Source: an uncultured Gammaproteobacteria bacterium
GTDB taxonomy: Bacteria > Pseudomonadota > Gammaproteobacteria > CAWCPV01
Assembly: GCA_963797555.1 (NCBI GenBank)
Contig: CAWCPV010000007.1
Span: forward strand, 148,085-212,084
Length of the DNA: 64,000 bases
Direction: 5' to 3'
Of the stretch, positions 1-10,994 are shown piece by piece. How positions within the stretch are numbered: position 1 is the stretch's first letter; the number at the start of each line of letters is the position of its first letter. The position numbers and the translations under genes were made by a program. The notes beneath the pieces were generated by a model, which ran no database searches, was not told the DNA's origin, and worked only from the letters and a program-made list of their open reading frames with translations.

Positions 1-540
1 GGAGAGAACGATCCGCAGGCCGCGATCGCGAAAAAGCAGGCGGAGCTCGAGAGGCAGCGCATCGAGCTCGAGAAGAAGAGCCTGGAGCTGCGGCAGAAGG
101 AGCTCGACCTTGAGAAGTCGCGCAAGGAATTTCAGGCGCAGCAGAGCGGCCGTTCCCTCAGCATGAATCTTTCCGGCGACGTGCTCTTCGACTACGACCA
201 GGCGACGCTGAAGCCGGAAGCCGAACAGGCACTCAAGAAGGTGGCGGTAGTGCTTTCACAATTCCCCGAAAGCCAGGTGACGGTGGAAGGCTATGCCGAT
301 GCGAAAGGCACACAGACGGGGAACATGCAGCTGTCGCGCGAACGGGCTCAGGCGGTGAAGGACTGGCTGGTCAAGAACGGTGGCGTCCCGGCGGCCGACA
401 TCGCTACCAAGGGCTTTGGCGAGCAGTACCCGGTGGCAGCGAACACCAACCCGAACGGCACCGACAACCCGGTCGGTCGCGCGCTCAACCGACGAGTCTC
501 GATCATCGTCGAGAGAGCGGCGCAGCGACCACCGCCCTGA
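1..540 (+). CDS. OmpA-family protein, 5' partial (coiled-coil region followed by OmpA/MotB C-terminal peptidoglycan-binding domain)
   Basis: Frame 1 is open from base 1 (ELERQRIELEKK... coiled coil). The C-terminus carries the OmpA_C-like motif (TVEGYADAKGT...NMQLSRERAQAV...NRRVSI). Stop at 538-540. Confidence 0.8.
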   Translation, partial: GENDPQAAIAKKQAELERQRIELEKKSLELRQKELDLEKSRKEFQAQQSGRSLSMNLSGDVLFDYDQATLKPEAEQALKKVAVVLSQFPESQVTVEGYADAKGTQTGNMQLSRERAQAVKDWLVKNGGVPAADIATKGFGEQYPVAANTNPNGTDNPVGRALNRRVSIIVERAAQRPPP

Positions 541-567
541 CCGGCGGAGCAGGACCGCTACCGCCGG
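541..567 (+). terminator. GC-rich hairpin just after the OmpA-like stop (CCGGCGG-13 nt-CCGCCGG); no U-tract
   Basis: Perfect 7-bp inverted repeat at 541-547 / 561-567. Confidence 0.2.
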
Positions 568-612
568 GTCGACACCCACGTGGCGCCGCTGTCGGTGCTC
601 GTAAGCAGCTCG

Positions 613-876
613 CTATCTGTTCCCGCGTACACCGTGGTCGGGGTTGCCGGATCGGTCATTGAGCATGCGGACAATCAAACCGTCCAGGTCGGTCATTACA
701 CTCCACGTCTGACCCGCATCAGTCGATCTGAATGCCCCGCTGGCGGTCCCCTGGTAGACGGTGTCGGACTGGACCGGGTCGGTGGTCACGACCATGATCT
801 GCGTGTTTAGCACTCCGCTGCTTACGGCTGTCCAGCTCTCGGCGCCGTCACTGCTCTTGAAGATGCCCTCTGAGCT
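613..876 (-). pseudogene. BNR/Asp-box repeat protein fragment
   Basis: The C-terminal ~85 aa of minus-strand ORF 613..1077 carry two Asp-box (SxDxGxTW) repeats (SSDGAESW, STDAGQTW). The upstream part of that ORF overlaps the integrase fragment and does not look coding. Confidence 0.35.
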
Positions 877-1107
877 GCCGGCGTACAAAACCGTTGCACT
901 CGTCACCAGGCTCCAGACGGCGCCGCGAGCTACCTTGCCATGTCGGGAGCGGACATGCTCACCATCGCCGCGGTGCTGGGTCACAAGACGCTCTCCATGG
1001 TCAAGCGCTATGCGCACTTGAGCGACCAGCATCAAGGCGAAGCACTGGCACGCATGAATGCCATGCTGTTCGAGCAAATGTCCCGCCAGTGTCCCAAGAC
1101 CTTATGA
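874..1107 (+). pseudogene. Tyrosine recombinase (phage integrase) C-terminal fragment
   Basis: Frame-1 translation ...YLAMSGADMLTIAAVLGHKTLSMVKRYAHLSDQHQGEALARM...* is the conserved integrase C-terminus (LGH..L.M..RYaHL with catalytic Tyr). The frame is closed by TGA at 871-873, so only ~75 codons remain. Confidence 0.6.
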
Positions 1108-1139
1108 ATCCATTGCGGCACAGCGCACAGCGTAGATGC

Positions 1140-1790
1140 TCAGAACGAGTATCCGAAGGCATTGATGTCGCTGTAAAAGTGCTTTGCCACGAGTTCTGCC
1201 GTCTGGTCATCGTAGTACCTTCGATATGCTTGGCGATCCCTTGCTCTGCGCCTGTGCGGGAGCTGACGCGGCGCAATGCCGATGCGCCGGCATGCCTCGT
1301 CGAAATCCTCCTGCAGGTTCTCGTACCTCCCCACGTAATCCACGATGATTTCCCCGGACAGGTCCCGCACGTAATCCGATTGCAACTCCATGGAGGTGTC
1401 GACGATGTAATGGTAGGGGCGTTCCTTGTCGAGCTTCCAGCGGATGAAGGAAGGGAAGTCTTCTATCGCTGTCATCAAGTGGGGGCGTTCCCGCTGGATG
1501 TGGTGGTATGAGCTGACCTGCAAGTCCCAAGGGTTGCGTACAAAGGCGAACTTGAATAGCTCTTGGAACAGCTCCCGGGGAAGCATCTCCTTGGCCGCGA
1601 TCACCTTGGCGTGGCGCGGGAACCTGACGCCCAGGCGGTGTCCGGTCATAGCGCTCAGCCGACTGCAGATCAAGCGCGAAATACGATGGCGGTCCTTCCA
1701 ACGTTCCCACTGGAGTGCCCGGCGAATGCTGGTCCCCCCGGTCTTGGCGATGTGCACGAACAGGAACCGATGGCGGTAACAGAGCAGCAT
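1140..1790 (-). CDS. Sulfotransferase family protein
   Basis: 216-aa ORF with the 5'-PAPS-binding-like motif HIAKTGGTSI near the N-terminus, typical of bacterial carbohydrate sulfotransferases. Confidence 0.65.
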   Translation of the reverse strand: MLLCYRHRFLFVHIAKTGGTSIRRALQWERWKDRHRISRLICSRLSAMTGHRLGVRFPRHAKVIAAKEMLPRELFQELFKFAFVRNPWDLQVSSYHHIQRERPHLMTAIEDFPSFIRWKLDKERPYHYIVDTSMELQSDYVRDLSGEIIVDYVGRYENLQEDFDEACRRIGIAPRQLPHRRRARDRQAYRRYYDDQTAELVAKHFYSDINAFGYSF

Positions 1791-2043
1791 GCAAGTCTTG
1801 TCGGGAAGATCAGACCTCAGAGCGTGAGAATAAATCTGCGCGTGTCCCGATAACGGTGTTGGCGGTGTTCATGATGCACCTCCCTGTACCCCTTTGGGGC
1901 ATCGCGGACCTGCCGAATGGCTATCCTGCCATTCGGTCGCTCCTCGCCTATCTAGTTGATATGTGGCGTTGCTGCGCTCTGTGCATCTTCCTCGCGGGCC
2001 GCTCGCGACGATTTCTTCAAGACCTCTCAGGCTCGACCGCTCT

Positions 2044-3187
2044 TCACTGCTTCGCGGTCAACCCGAGCACCTCGAGGTAGGCCAGCGCGCTGGACTCCGA
2101 CCGGTAGGGCCCGACTGCCTGACGGAGAAATTCAGCGGCGGGCGGATTTTCCAGCGTGGCCTCTATGGCGTCAGCCAGGGCCATGGCATCACCCACTGGC
2201 ACGAGGCGTCCGAACCGGCCCCCCTGGAGTATCTCGCGCGGTCCGCTGGGACAATCCGTAGAGACGACCGGGATGCCGAGTGCCAGAGCCTCGGTCAGAA
2301 CGTTCGGGGAGCCCTCCCACGCAGAAGACAGCACAAACAGGGCGGAACCGGCCATGTAGGCGTAGGGATTCCCGACAAATCCCGGCAATGAGAACGTCTT
2401 CGGCAATGCCCAAGCGACGTGCCAGAGACTCGAGGCCAGAGCGGTCATGGCCCTCGCCAAGGATGATCAGACGACAGCGCCGCATGGCCCGCACCCGCGC
2501 AAAAGCGTGCAGCAGAGTGGGGAAGTCTTTCTGACGGGTCAACCTGCCGGCTCCCAGGACGAGAGGAGGCTTACCCGGCCGAAGCCAGGGATGGTCGGAT
2601 TCCTGCCGCGCTGAGGCGAGGATCTCGGGCGTAACTACCGGGTTGCGTACGACCAGGATGCGCTCCCGCGGCAGACCGGTGATCCGGGCAGTGTCGGCTG
2701 CAACGCCTTCGGAGACCGCAATGATGTTGTCGGTCCACCGATAAAACAGGCGCATGGGCAGATAGCGAGACCAGCGAGCTGCCGCGCCTTTGCCTTTCAG
2801 GGAAGCGGAGAGATGCGTGCCAAGGCGGATGGTGACGGGGGTATCGACCCCGCTCAGGCGCCTGGCGATCAGGGCCGCCCGGCCCGCTCGATCCTTGACC
2901 GCAAGGAGAGCCTTTGGACGATGGCGGCGCAGATACCGCACCAGTTTCGGGATGCTGGTGATGGCGTGTCGGCGGCCCAACGGCACGACATTGACTTGCG
3001 GCGGTATGGCCTTCAGATGGGCACTTTGAGCCCGCACCAACAGCAGATCCACGGGGACCGCGAGGCGAGCGAGCTCCCGGAGCAAGTTCGCGACCATACG
3101 TTCTACCCCACCGGACCCAGAGAAGGAAACGAGGACGGCCAGCCGTTGGCGTTCGGAGAGCGAGTCGGGAGAGCTTGCCGTCGTCAA
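2044..3187 (-). CDS. GT4 glycosyltransferase with an apparent +1 frameshift near 2390-2398
   Basis: ORF 2189..3187 encodes the GT4 N-domain through ...LGIAEDV. ORF 2044..2460 in the +1 frame encodes the rest ([13 protein letters not shown]...[31 protein letters not shown]). The frames switch at GACGTT(C)TCATTG. Confidence 0.75.
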
Positions 3188-3442
3188 TGTGCGCGATCGA
3201 CTAATCGGGTGCTGAGCCTACGATTGCTCCTGGAAAACGCCCAGGACCCTCAAGGGGTTCTCTGAACGCTCCATGGTCCTGATCGGCGGGGAGAAGGTAT
3301 ACTCGGCAGCTTCCGCGACGCGAGCACGCCCGTCGCTGGCGGCCGAAAAGGTTTTGTCCGAACAGGCGATGTCAAAGGTCTCCGCAACGTCCATCCCCGG
3401 CACTCAGCACATTATACAGGTCCGGCGTATGCTGCCGACGCG

Positions 3443-4527
3443 TCAGGTGGCACGGCCTGCGAGCCCCATCGCTTGCAGATAAGCAGACGTGGCCCGTTCG
3501 ATCTCGTAGGGTAGCGCGGCCTCCCTCAGGAGAGACCTCGGGAGTGGATCATCTAGGGTCTCCAGGATGGCGCGCGCTATGGCGTCGGAGTCGCCTACGG
3601 TTACCAGGGCTCCGTACCGGCCGTCCCCAAGTATCTCGCGGGGTCCGCTCGGGCAATCGGTCGAAACGACCGCAGTGCCGAGTGCGAGTGCTTCGATAAG
3701 CACCATCCCGAGGCCTTCCCACTTGGAGGTGAGCGCGAGGAGCTTTGCATGGGCCATGTACGGATACGGGTTCGACTGAAATCCCGGTAGGTCGAAGTCG
3801 TCGGCAACGCCGAGTGCCCGAGCCAGCGCTTGGAGTCGGGGTCTATCCCTGCCCTCTCCCAAGATAAGCAGGCGGCAGAGCCGCTCGCGGCGTACCCGTG
3901 CGAACGCGTGCAACAGCGTCTCGAAGTCCTTCCTCGCGCTCAGCTCACCGACCCCTAGGATGACCGCTGGCTGGCCCGCCCCGAACCATGAGTGCGGGGG
4001 CAGGGGCTGCTCCGTGTCAAAAAGGGTGCGGGGAACGACGGGGCTCGGCACCACGGCGATCCGGGATAGGTCTAGGCCAGTATACTGCGCCATGTCGGTG
4101 GCGACGCCGTGCGAGGGAACCGCGATGGTGTCCGCGTACCGATACAGATGGCCCATGGAGATCCTCTGCATCCAGCGATCGAGTGGGCGCCGGCTGGCGA
4201 GATCCCGGGATACCGTCGTGCCCGAGCGCAGCACCAGGTGGGTGCGCGTGCGGGCCAGGGCCCTTGCCAACAGGGCGACGCGGTTGACCCTGTCCTTGTC
4301 CGACAGCATAGCTGTCGGGTGTTCCCGCCTCAGGTAGCGCACCACGGCCATCAAGGCCGTATAGACGTGGGAGGTCCCCAGGTCTATGACGCGAACGGCC
4401 GGGCCGTCGATCGCCGGGCCGTGCTGGCGAACGTGCAGCAGGTCTACCGAGTAGCCACGTCGCGCGATGGCCGGAAGCAGGTGCTGCGCAATCCGGTCCA
4501 CGCCGCTGTGTCCGGAAGTCGCAAGGA
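3443..4527 (-). CDS. GT4 glycosyltransferase, intact (probable GTG start)
   Basis: The C-terminal 360 aa of ORF 3443..6412 form a complete GT4 fold (FFLATSGHSGVDRIAQ... LPGFQSNPYPYM... [30 protein letters not shown]). No ATG is present; the start is assumed to be GTG at about 4527. Confidence 0.65.
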
Positions 4528-4595
4528 AGAAGGACACGGTTTTATCAGTACGCGGCGGGAAACGGTTGCGGGGTGTTCCCCGGATGGGGTACGGG

Positions 4596-6412
4596 TCAGA
4601 CAATCCAGGACAATGGGTCTTCGTCCGGGGTCGGCAGGACACCGGGGCTGTCGATGAACAGGCGATGCCAGATGGCGAATTGCAGCAGGGACCAGATCTC
4701 CCGGGAAACCGGGTGTCCTGCCCGCTGGGCTTCGAGCATCTCTCGCACCCCCTGAGGGCAGAACCAGGCCTGGATGGCGGGGTGGCGAGGAAGGTGGGCG
4801 ATGAATGGTCGAGCACCGGGCCGCGCAGCCACTCTCCCACAGGGACGTGGAAGCCGCGCTTTCTGCGGCGCAGGTGGCCACGCGGCAGCATTGGCTGGGC
4901 CCAGGCTTTCAGAAGAACCTTGCCATGCCGGGAGCGCACCTTGAGCTGGTCGGGGAGTGATAGTCCGAACTCGAGGATGCGATGGTCGAGAAAGGGGACG
5001 CGGCCTTCGACGCCGAAGGCCATGAGCATCCGGTCCACCTTGACCAGCAAGTTATCAGGAAGGGCTGTCCGGATGTCGACATACTGCCTGCGCTGCAGAG
5101 CGCTCCAGCCTTCCGGGCAGGACTGCCACGCCTCTATGAAGGGTAGCCGCGCCGCTGCCCGGGCGGCGGCGAGCTCTGGCCCGAAGACCCGGCTGATCCA
5201 GCGGCGCTGCCATCGGCTGCGGGTACGGAAGCCGCCCGACCCCGGCGCCGTGAGATTCTTGAGCCAAGACTTGGCCGGCGATGCGCGGTAGCGCCCATAG
5301 CCGGCGAAGACTTCGTCCCCACCTTCCCCCGTAAAGACCACTTTTAGCTCCTGACCAGCGCGTTCCGCGAGGATGGACATCGGCAGACACGCATAGTCCA
5401 ACATGAGGTCGTCGGCCGCCCACACCGTATGCGGGAGATGACGGAACAGGCTGCGCAGGTCGAGGGTGAGAGGAGTGTGACGGGCGTTGAAGTGCCGGGC
5501 AATGCGGTCCGCGTCGGCCAGCTCGTCCTTCATCTCCACCCCGGTGTAGCCCACCGAGAAGGTCTGAATGGGCCGCTCCTGGGCGCGCGTAAGCAACGCC
5601 AAGAGGGCCGCGGAGTCAGCGCCTCCCGACAGGAACAATCCGTATGGAACGTCGGAGCGCAGGTGCTCGCGCATGACGACATTCATCAACTCGTCGAAGG
5701 TCTCCCGAGCGTCCTCGAAGCAATAGCGCTGAGGCGCGACGTCCAGGGCCGACCAGTAGCGCCAGGCCTCCATCTGCAGATCGGCCCGGATGGCGATCGC
5801 CTCGCCCGGGAGGACCCGGTGGATGCCCTGGAGGATGGTCTCCCGACCCGTGTGGAACTGGTTATGGAGGAACTGGGCCAGAGCGCCCGGGTGGATCTGC
5901 GGTGTGCGCGGGAGCTGCGGCAGAAGGGCCTTGATCTCCGAACCGAATACGATTCGGTCGGGCAGGACCGCGTAGTAAAGTGGCTTGATACCCAGCCGGT
6001 CACGGGCCAGGACCAACTCCTTGCGCGCACGGTCGTAGAGGGCGAACGCGAACATTCCGTGCAGATGACCTAGGAACTGGCGCCCGTACAAGGCATAGGC
6101 GTGGAGGATGGTCTCGCTGTCGGAGCGGGTGGCGAAGCGGTAGCCGCTGTGTTGCAGTTCGGCCATCAGCTCGACGTAGTTGTAGACCTCGCCGTTCGCC
6201 ACTAGGGCCAGCCTGGCCCCGTCGGCGAGGAGTGGCTGGTGTCCTCCACCAACGTCGATAATGGACAGGCGAGTATGGGCAAGACCAACTGGCCCATCGG
6301 TGTGGATGCCCACATCATCGGGCCCTCGATGACGGAGCAGGTCGCCCATGCGCCGCAGCTCATCGTCACGCGCCGCGCCCGCCCGCAGATAGATGCCAGC
6401 GATACCACACAT
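4596..6412 (-). CDS. asnB: Asparagine synthetase (glutamine-hydrolysing) AsnB-like amidotransferase, apparent frameshift near 4775-4835
   Basis: N-terminus MCGIAGIY (Ntn glutaminase Cys2), then the SGGADS PP-loop (LFLSGGADSAALLAL). The C-terminal tail (AIQAWFCPQGVREMLEAQRAG...LLQFAIWHRLF) lies in a different frame (ORF 4596..4832). The 989-aa read-through ORF is an artefact of stop-poor GC-rich DNA. Confidence 0.75.
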
Positions 6413-6581
6413 CTCGATTACCCGTCAGGCGGCCGTTGCCCCTCTTGCCGCAGCGCTGCTCCCGGTCGCTCCCGCTGGCGAGTCAAGGGACAGACGCTCC
6501 ACGCGCGCGGACCTCACGACGCTCGTGTGCTCGGGGACGAGGGGGAAGAAGGAGGTGACGGTAGAGATTCTGCAGGCCCGC

Positions 6582-7728
6582 TCAATTCCGCTGGCTCCGG
6601 CTGTTGGCAGAGAGCCCGAGGGCAAGCAGGTACTCTTGGCTACTCGCCTCCAGGGTGTACCTACGCGCGGCAGACTGCAGCAAATCGCGCGGGCGTGAGT
6701 CAGCCAGGGCGGCGAGCATGGCTTGCGCCATGGCGGTAGGGTCCCCGACCGGCACCAGCCGACCGAAGCGGCCGTCCCCCAGGATCTCTCGCGGTCCGGT
6801 GGGACAGTCGGTGGAGACCACGGGCAGCCCCAGGGCCAATGCCTCCACAAGGACGGCGCCGAAGCCCTCCCAGAGGGAGGACAGCACGAACAAATCGGCA
6901 GCGGCCATGTAGGGATAAGGGTTGGGTTCGAAGCCCGGCAGCGAGAACGTCGCCCTGGACGCCGAGTTCCCGGCTGAGGGCTTCTAGACGCTGCCGCTGC
7001 CTGCCCTCGCCGAGGATGATCAGACGGCAGGGCCGCTGGCGGCGCATTGCGGCAAAGGCCCGCAGCAGCGTCTGAAAGTCCTTCTGGCGCCGGAGGCCGC
7101 CGACCCCCAGTATCACTGGCGTCTCCTTGTGAAGAAGCCAGGCATGAGGGAGCGGCGCGTTGGCCAGCCGCTCCAACTCCGGCGTTACGACAGGGTTCGG
7201 GACCACTCGGACGCGGTCACTCGGAAGACCGGTTATTCTCACTACATCCTCGGCGACGCCGCGCGAGACGGCGACAACGCCGTCCGCCCTGGCGTACATC
7301 CGACGGACCGCGCGTAACTTGCGCCAGCGGTACAGCCCTCCCCGGCCACGCGCCTCGAGCCGGCCCGACAGGCTGGTTCCAGTGATCAGGACGCAGCGCA
7401 CCGGAACCCCAGCCCAACGCTTGGCGCGCAGCGAGAGGCGGTCGTCGCTGCCTTTCCCGGAAAGGACCACGTGCGGTCGCGCGGCTCGCAGGTAGCGAAC
7501 TGTGGCGAGAAGCGCCCGCACGCCACGCGAGGAGCCGATCTCCAGCAGCCTGGCCTGCGGGGGCAGCGACGCCAGGGAACGAGCGGTGGCCTGCCGCACC
7601 ACGAAGTCCACTGTGACGCCGCGCTGGACCATGCCGCCGGCCAGGTTCACCAGCATGCGTTCCACACCACCGTCACCGAAGGAGGGTATGAAGACGCAAA
7701 GCCTGTATGGGGGCTCACGGCTGTCCAT
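6582..7728 (-). CDS. GT4 glycosyltransferase with an apparent +1 frameshift near 6943-6951
   Basis: ORF 6700..7728 carries the N-domain to ...LGVQGDV. ORF 6582..6908 in the +1 frame carries the C-domain (preceded in-frame by [13 protein letters not shown]). The junction sequence GACGTT(C)TCGCTG matches the context at 2390-2398. Confidence 0.75.
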
Positions 7729-7975
7729 TGCGCTCCCCGGAACCGTCAGAGCGCGGGCTGACGCCCGGGTACTCGCGGATACGGATCTCGCCGCCGAGGC
7801 TCTGCAGTGCCTGGCGCTGACTTCCCTGGTTCAACAGGACCAGCCGACCGCGCCGTTCCGGGCGGCCCACCCCCAACGGTGCCGGGGCTCGCCGACGGGA
7901 ACCCAGCGGTGGGCCGCGCGCTCGCGCGACACCGCGTAGATCCGGACTGACGAGGGGTTTGCCCATGATCTGGAT

Positions 7976-8290
7976 TCATCGCTCGGGTGCATTGAACAGG
8001 ATGGCTAAGTCATCTGCCACCTCACGGGAGACGGGTCTGAGGTCGTCGTTTTGCGGGTAGTAGTGGTGCACGTAACGGTATTGTGACCGCCTCTTGGCCC
8101 CGAGTACACTTACAAATTTATGCGCAGGCGGGTGTCCGCAGCGGAGTAGACTCGTTGTGCCGCGGCCAAGGCGGCGAGCCCGCAAGGCCGCGACTTTGGC
8201 GAGGATGCGGGACGCGAGCGGCCCTTCCGGTAAGTAGCGGCGCTCTGCGGCCCACCGATCGGCGAAAGCATTGACGAGATCGATGCGCAT
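7976..8290 (-). CDS. Hypothetical protein (104 aa)
   Basis: ORF only; no recognisable motif. It sits between a GT4 gene and the ligase-family gene. Confidence 0.3.
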   Translation of the reverse strand: MRIDLVNAFADRWAAERRYLPEGPLASRILAKVAALRARRLGRGTTSLLRCGHPPAHKFVSVLGAKRRSQYRYVHHYYPQNDDLRPVSREVADDLAILFNAPER

Positions 8291-8403
8291 CTTCCCGCTG
8301 CCGACCGGGGAGCCGGGCAGTCCACCAGGACTGCGAAGCGCCTCGGGTACGGGTCGCGGCCGAGCTGCCGTAGGCTGGAGAGCGTCGTTTTGGAACTGGA
8401 CCG

Positions 8404-9912
8404 GTGCGCAAGCGTGTGCCAGCGCGTGCGCCGAATTATACCCGATTCCGTATCTTTCCCACTGACCGCATCGTTACGAGCGTCGACCCGGCTGCGCCCT
8501 CGCCGGGCTCCGCGCTTTCACCAGGGAGCAGGCAGTTACCCCGTCCGGCGGAGAAAATCGTGGCCTTAGGGGTGTCCCCGCCGGAGCGGGTCGTGCCACG
8601 AGTGGCCCATGCGGCCTTGCTGGGGTTTGCCCTGACGGCCTGGATCAGCACGCCCGTAGCCAGCGTCTGCCTGGCCTTGCTATCGATCACCTTCGTGGCG
8701 GACAGGGACACGCCCTGGCGGGACCTTCAGCGGGATCCCATGATGGTGCTATTCGCGGTCTCTCTTGTGTATCTTTCGGCGCGAACACTCTGGGGGGTCT
8801 TGGAGTGGCCGGAGACGGTGCACAAACAGGTGGGGGAGTCCCTGGACTGGTCCAAGCTCTGGGTGTTTTTGCTGGTGGCGTGGTGGCTGCGCGGCGAAGT
8901 GCGCGGGATCCTGCAGGTAATGGGGTTGGCGCTGGTGGGGCTGCTCGTAGGCACGGCGTCCAACCTGAACCCACAGAAGCTAGGGGACGTGCTGGCCGGG
9001 CTCCGGCCCCATCTGGAGTTCCCCGCGCTCGGCTTCGGACTGTACACCGCCACCGCGGTCCTGGGCGTGTTGCTGTTCGCCACGCGCATATGGGGCACGA
9101 CGCAGCGGCCGGGGCGCTTCGCCGCTAGAGTGGCAGCCTGGCTCGCGGTCCTGGTTGTCTTGGTCCAGGGGGTGATCACCTCGCAGTCGCGGGCTACCTG
9201 GATCGCGGTCCTCGTCGTATTTCCGCCGCTGCTGGTGTTGAGAGTAGTTCCCTGGCTGCGGGCGCCGGGGAAGGGGCGTGGGCCGCGGACCCGCTGGCCG
9301 ATCGTCTTGGCTGGGCTGGTCATTTTGGGGCTGGTCGGCGCGAATCTGGGACCCATCAAGCACCGGCTGCTGCAGGAGCGGTCGAGTATCCACGCGGTAT
9401 TCTCGGGTCGTTGGCAGCAGCTTCCGCCCCAGGACTCGGTCAGTTATCGGGCGCATCTCTACCGGCTCGGGCTGGACCGCTGGCTAGAGCGACCCTTTTT
9501 CGGATGGGGTCCGGGAAGTGCTGCTCGCCTGATTCAGCAGAGCGATATCCCTGCCATTCGCCAGTTCAAGGAGTTTCACAATTCTTATCTGGATGTCCTG
9601 GTTCGCATGGGGCTTGTCGGTGCCTGTCTCATGGGGGTTGGGTTCTGGCTGTTGCTGAGGGCCTTGTGGCGCGCCCGCCGCGCAGGGTCGCTCCCGCTGG
9701 ACGCTTTCTTGTGTTTAGGGGGCGCGTTCGCCCTCCTGGCGGTGTGGAGCGCCGGGGACTTTCGCATGGTGCACGCGGATTGGCGCTTCTATTGGGTCAT
9801 CTTCGCGGGGTCGGCATACACGTTTCAGCTGCGTACGAATGCGCACCCATCGACACCGACGCGGAGCGGGCACCGATTGCCAGGACGTGCGATTCGGCAC
9901 GGCCAGACCTAG
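8404..9912 (+). CDS. O-antigen ligase / Wzy_C-family polytopic membrane protein (true start probably downstream of 8404)
   Basis: Multiple predicted TM helices plus the Wzy_C signature region (...RQFKEFHNSYLDVLVRMGLVG...). The first ~50 codons are Pro/Ser/Arg-rich and look non-native. Confidence 0.7.
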   Translation: MRKRVPARAPNYTRFRIFPTDRIVTSVDPAAPSPGSALSPGSRQLPRPAEKIVALGVSPPERVVPRVAHAALLGFALTAWISTPVASVCLALLSITFVADRDTPWRDLQRDPMMVLFAVSLVYLSARTLWGVLEWPETVHKQVGESLDWSKLWVFLLVAWWLRGEVRGILQVMGLALVGLLVGTASNLNPQKLGDVLAGLRPHLEFPALGFGLYTATAVLGVLLFATRIWGTTQRPGRFAARVAAWLAVLVVLVQGVITSQSRATWIAVLVVFPPLLVLRVVPWLRAPGKGRGPRTRWPIVLAGLVILGLVGANLGPIKHRLLQERSSIHAVFSGRWQQLPPQDSVSYRAHLYRLGLDRWLERPFFGWGPGSAARLIQQSDIPAIRQFKEFHNSYLDVLVRMGLVGACLMGVGFWLLLRALWRARRAGSLPLDAFLCLGGAFALLAVWSAGDFRMVHADWRFYWVIFAGSAYTFQLRTNAHPSTPTRSGHRLPGRAIRHGQT

Positions 9913-10994
9913 CGTCGGAGCACATCCTCGTAAACGTTCACGTTCCCCGCGACCATCCGCTCGATGGAGAACTCTCTCTCCGCGATCTGGCGTCCCGCCG
10001 CGCCCATAGAGCGGGCTCCAGCGGGATCCGCGAGGAGGCGCTGTATGGCGCTGGCGAGACCCTGGGAATCGCCGGGCGGGACCAAGTAGCCGTTCACGCC
10101 GTCATGCACGACCTCCGGGACCCCGCCCGCTCGGGCACCTGCAATAGGCACTCCGGAGGCCGCCGCCTGCAACAGGGAGACGCCTAGGCCCTCCGTGAGG
10201 GCGGCATGTGCCACCAAATCGAGACATGGGAGTACGCGATGCAGGTCTGAACGGAAGCCCGCGAGGCGTACGTACTCGGTGAGTGCGTTCGTCCTGCACA
10301 GCCGGCGTATCTCGCTCTCCAGGGGGCCTCGCCCGAACAGCAGGAACCGCACGGCGGGAAACCGGCTCGCCACGGCCGGCACAGCCTCCAGGACGTAGCG
10401 GTGACCTTTACGCTCGATGAGTTGGGCGATGACACCCACGGCCCGTGTCTCCGGCGACAGTCCAAACTCCGCCTCGAACCATGCGCGCTCGCATGGAAAG
10501 TCATACGCGCCCGGGTCGACGGCGCTGTGCACGCATACCACGTGTCTCTCTGGGACACCCTCGCGCAGAAGCACCTGACGTATCGCCTGGGAAATGGCGA
10601 TCACTCGGTCGTAGAGGCCGTATTTCCAGCGAGCCAGCCAGCCCGGTTCGGGGTTGTCGTTGCGGCGGCTATAGACACGTTTCATTCCCAGATGCCGTGC
10701 CACGATACCGCCCCAGAGGTCGGCCCCGAGGCGGCTGTGGACGTGCACGAGGTCCGGGCGTTCCCGTGCGATGAGTGCCCTGAGACGCAGCGGGAACAAC
10801 GGGTCCAGGTCCCGGTGCAGAGGAATGGCGTGAACCGTATCGGCCGGGCCCACCGCGCGCGATGCGATGGCGCTTCCGCGGGGGCACACCAAAACGTTGT
10901 GGTACCCACGCGCCTTGAGGCCCTCTAGAAGGTACAGCACCTGCGCGGCTCCGCCATAGAGGTGCCTCCCCGCTTCGACATGCAGAACCTTCAC
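9909..10994 (-). CDS. GT4 glycosyltransferase (intact)
   Basis: 361 aa with GT4 N- and C-domains (EGLGVSLLQAAASGVPIAGARAGGVPEVV). Its stop overlaps the ligase gene by 4 bp. Confidence 0.8.
   Translation of the reverse strand: MKVLHVEAGRHLYGGAAQVLYLLEGLKARGYHNVLVCPRGSAIASRAVGPADTVHAIPLHRDLDPLFPLRLRALIARERPDLVHVHSRLGADLWGGIVARHLGMKRVYSRRNDNPEPGWLARWKYGLYDRVIAISQAIRQVLLREGVPERHVVCVHSAVDPGAYDFPCERAWFEAEFGLSPETRAVGVIAQLIERKGHRYVLEAVPAVASRFPAVRFLLFGRGPLESEIRRLCRTNALTEYVRLAGFRSDLHRVLPCLDLVAHAALTEGLGVSLLQAAASGVPIAGARAGGVPEVVHDGVNGYLVPPGDSQGLASAIQRLLADPAGARSMGAAGRQIAEREFSIERMVAGNVNVYEDVLRR

Noticed and set aside
1207-2391. Several overlapping 90-200-aa ORFs (1207..1794 minus, 1426..1779 plus, 1715..2080 plus, 1963..2391 plus)
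   Set aside because: They are alternative frames of or antisense to the sulfotransferase and GT4 genes, with no motifs. Dozens of similar alt-frame ORFs elsewhere in the track were treated the same way.
3443-6412. Single 989-aa ORF that looks like an AsnB-GT4 fusion protein
   Set aside because: The ~180-bp linker (about 4596-4775) translates to low-complexity R/P/C/S-rich junk. The genuine AsnB C-terminus is in another frame (ORF 4596..4832), and the GT4 portion has its own plausible GTG start. This is two genes joined by a stop-free GC-rich frame.
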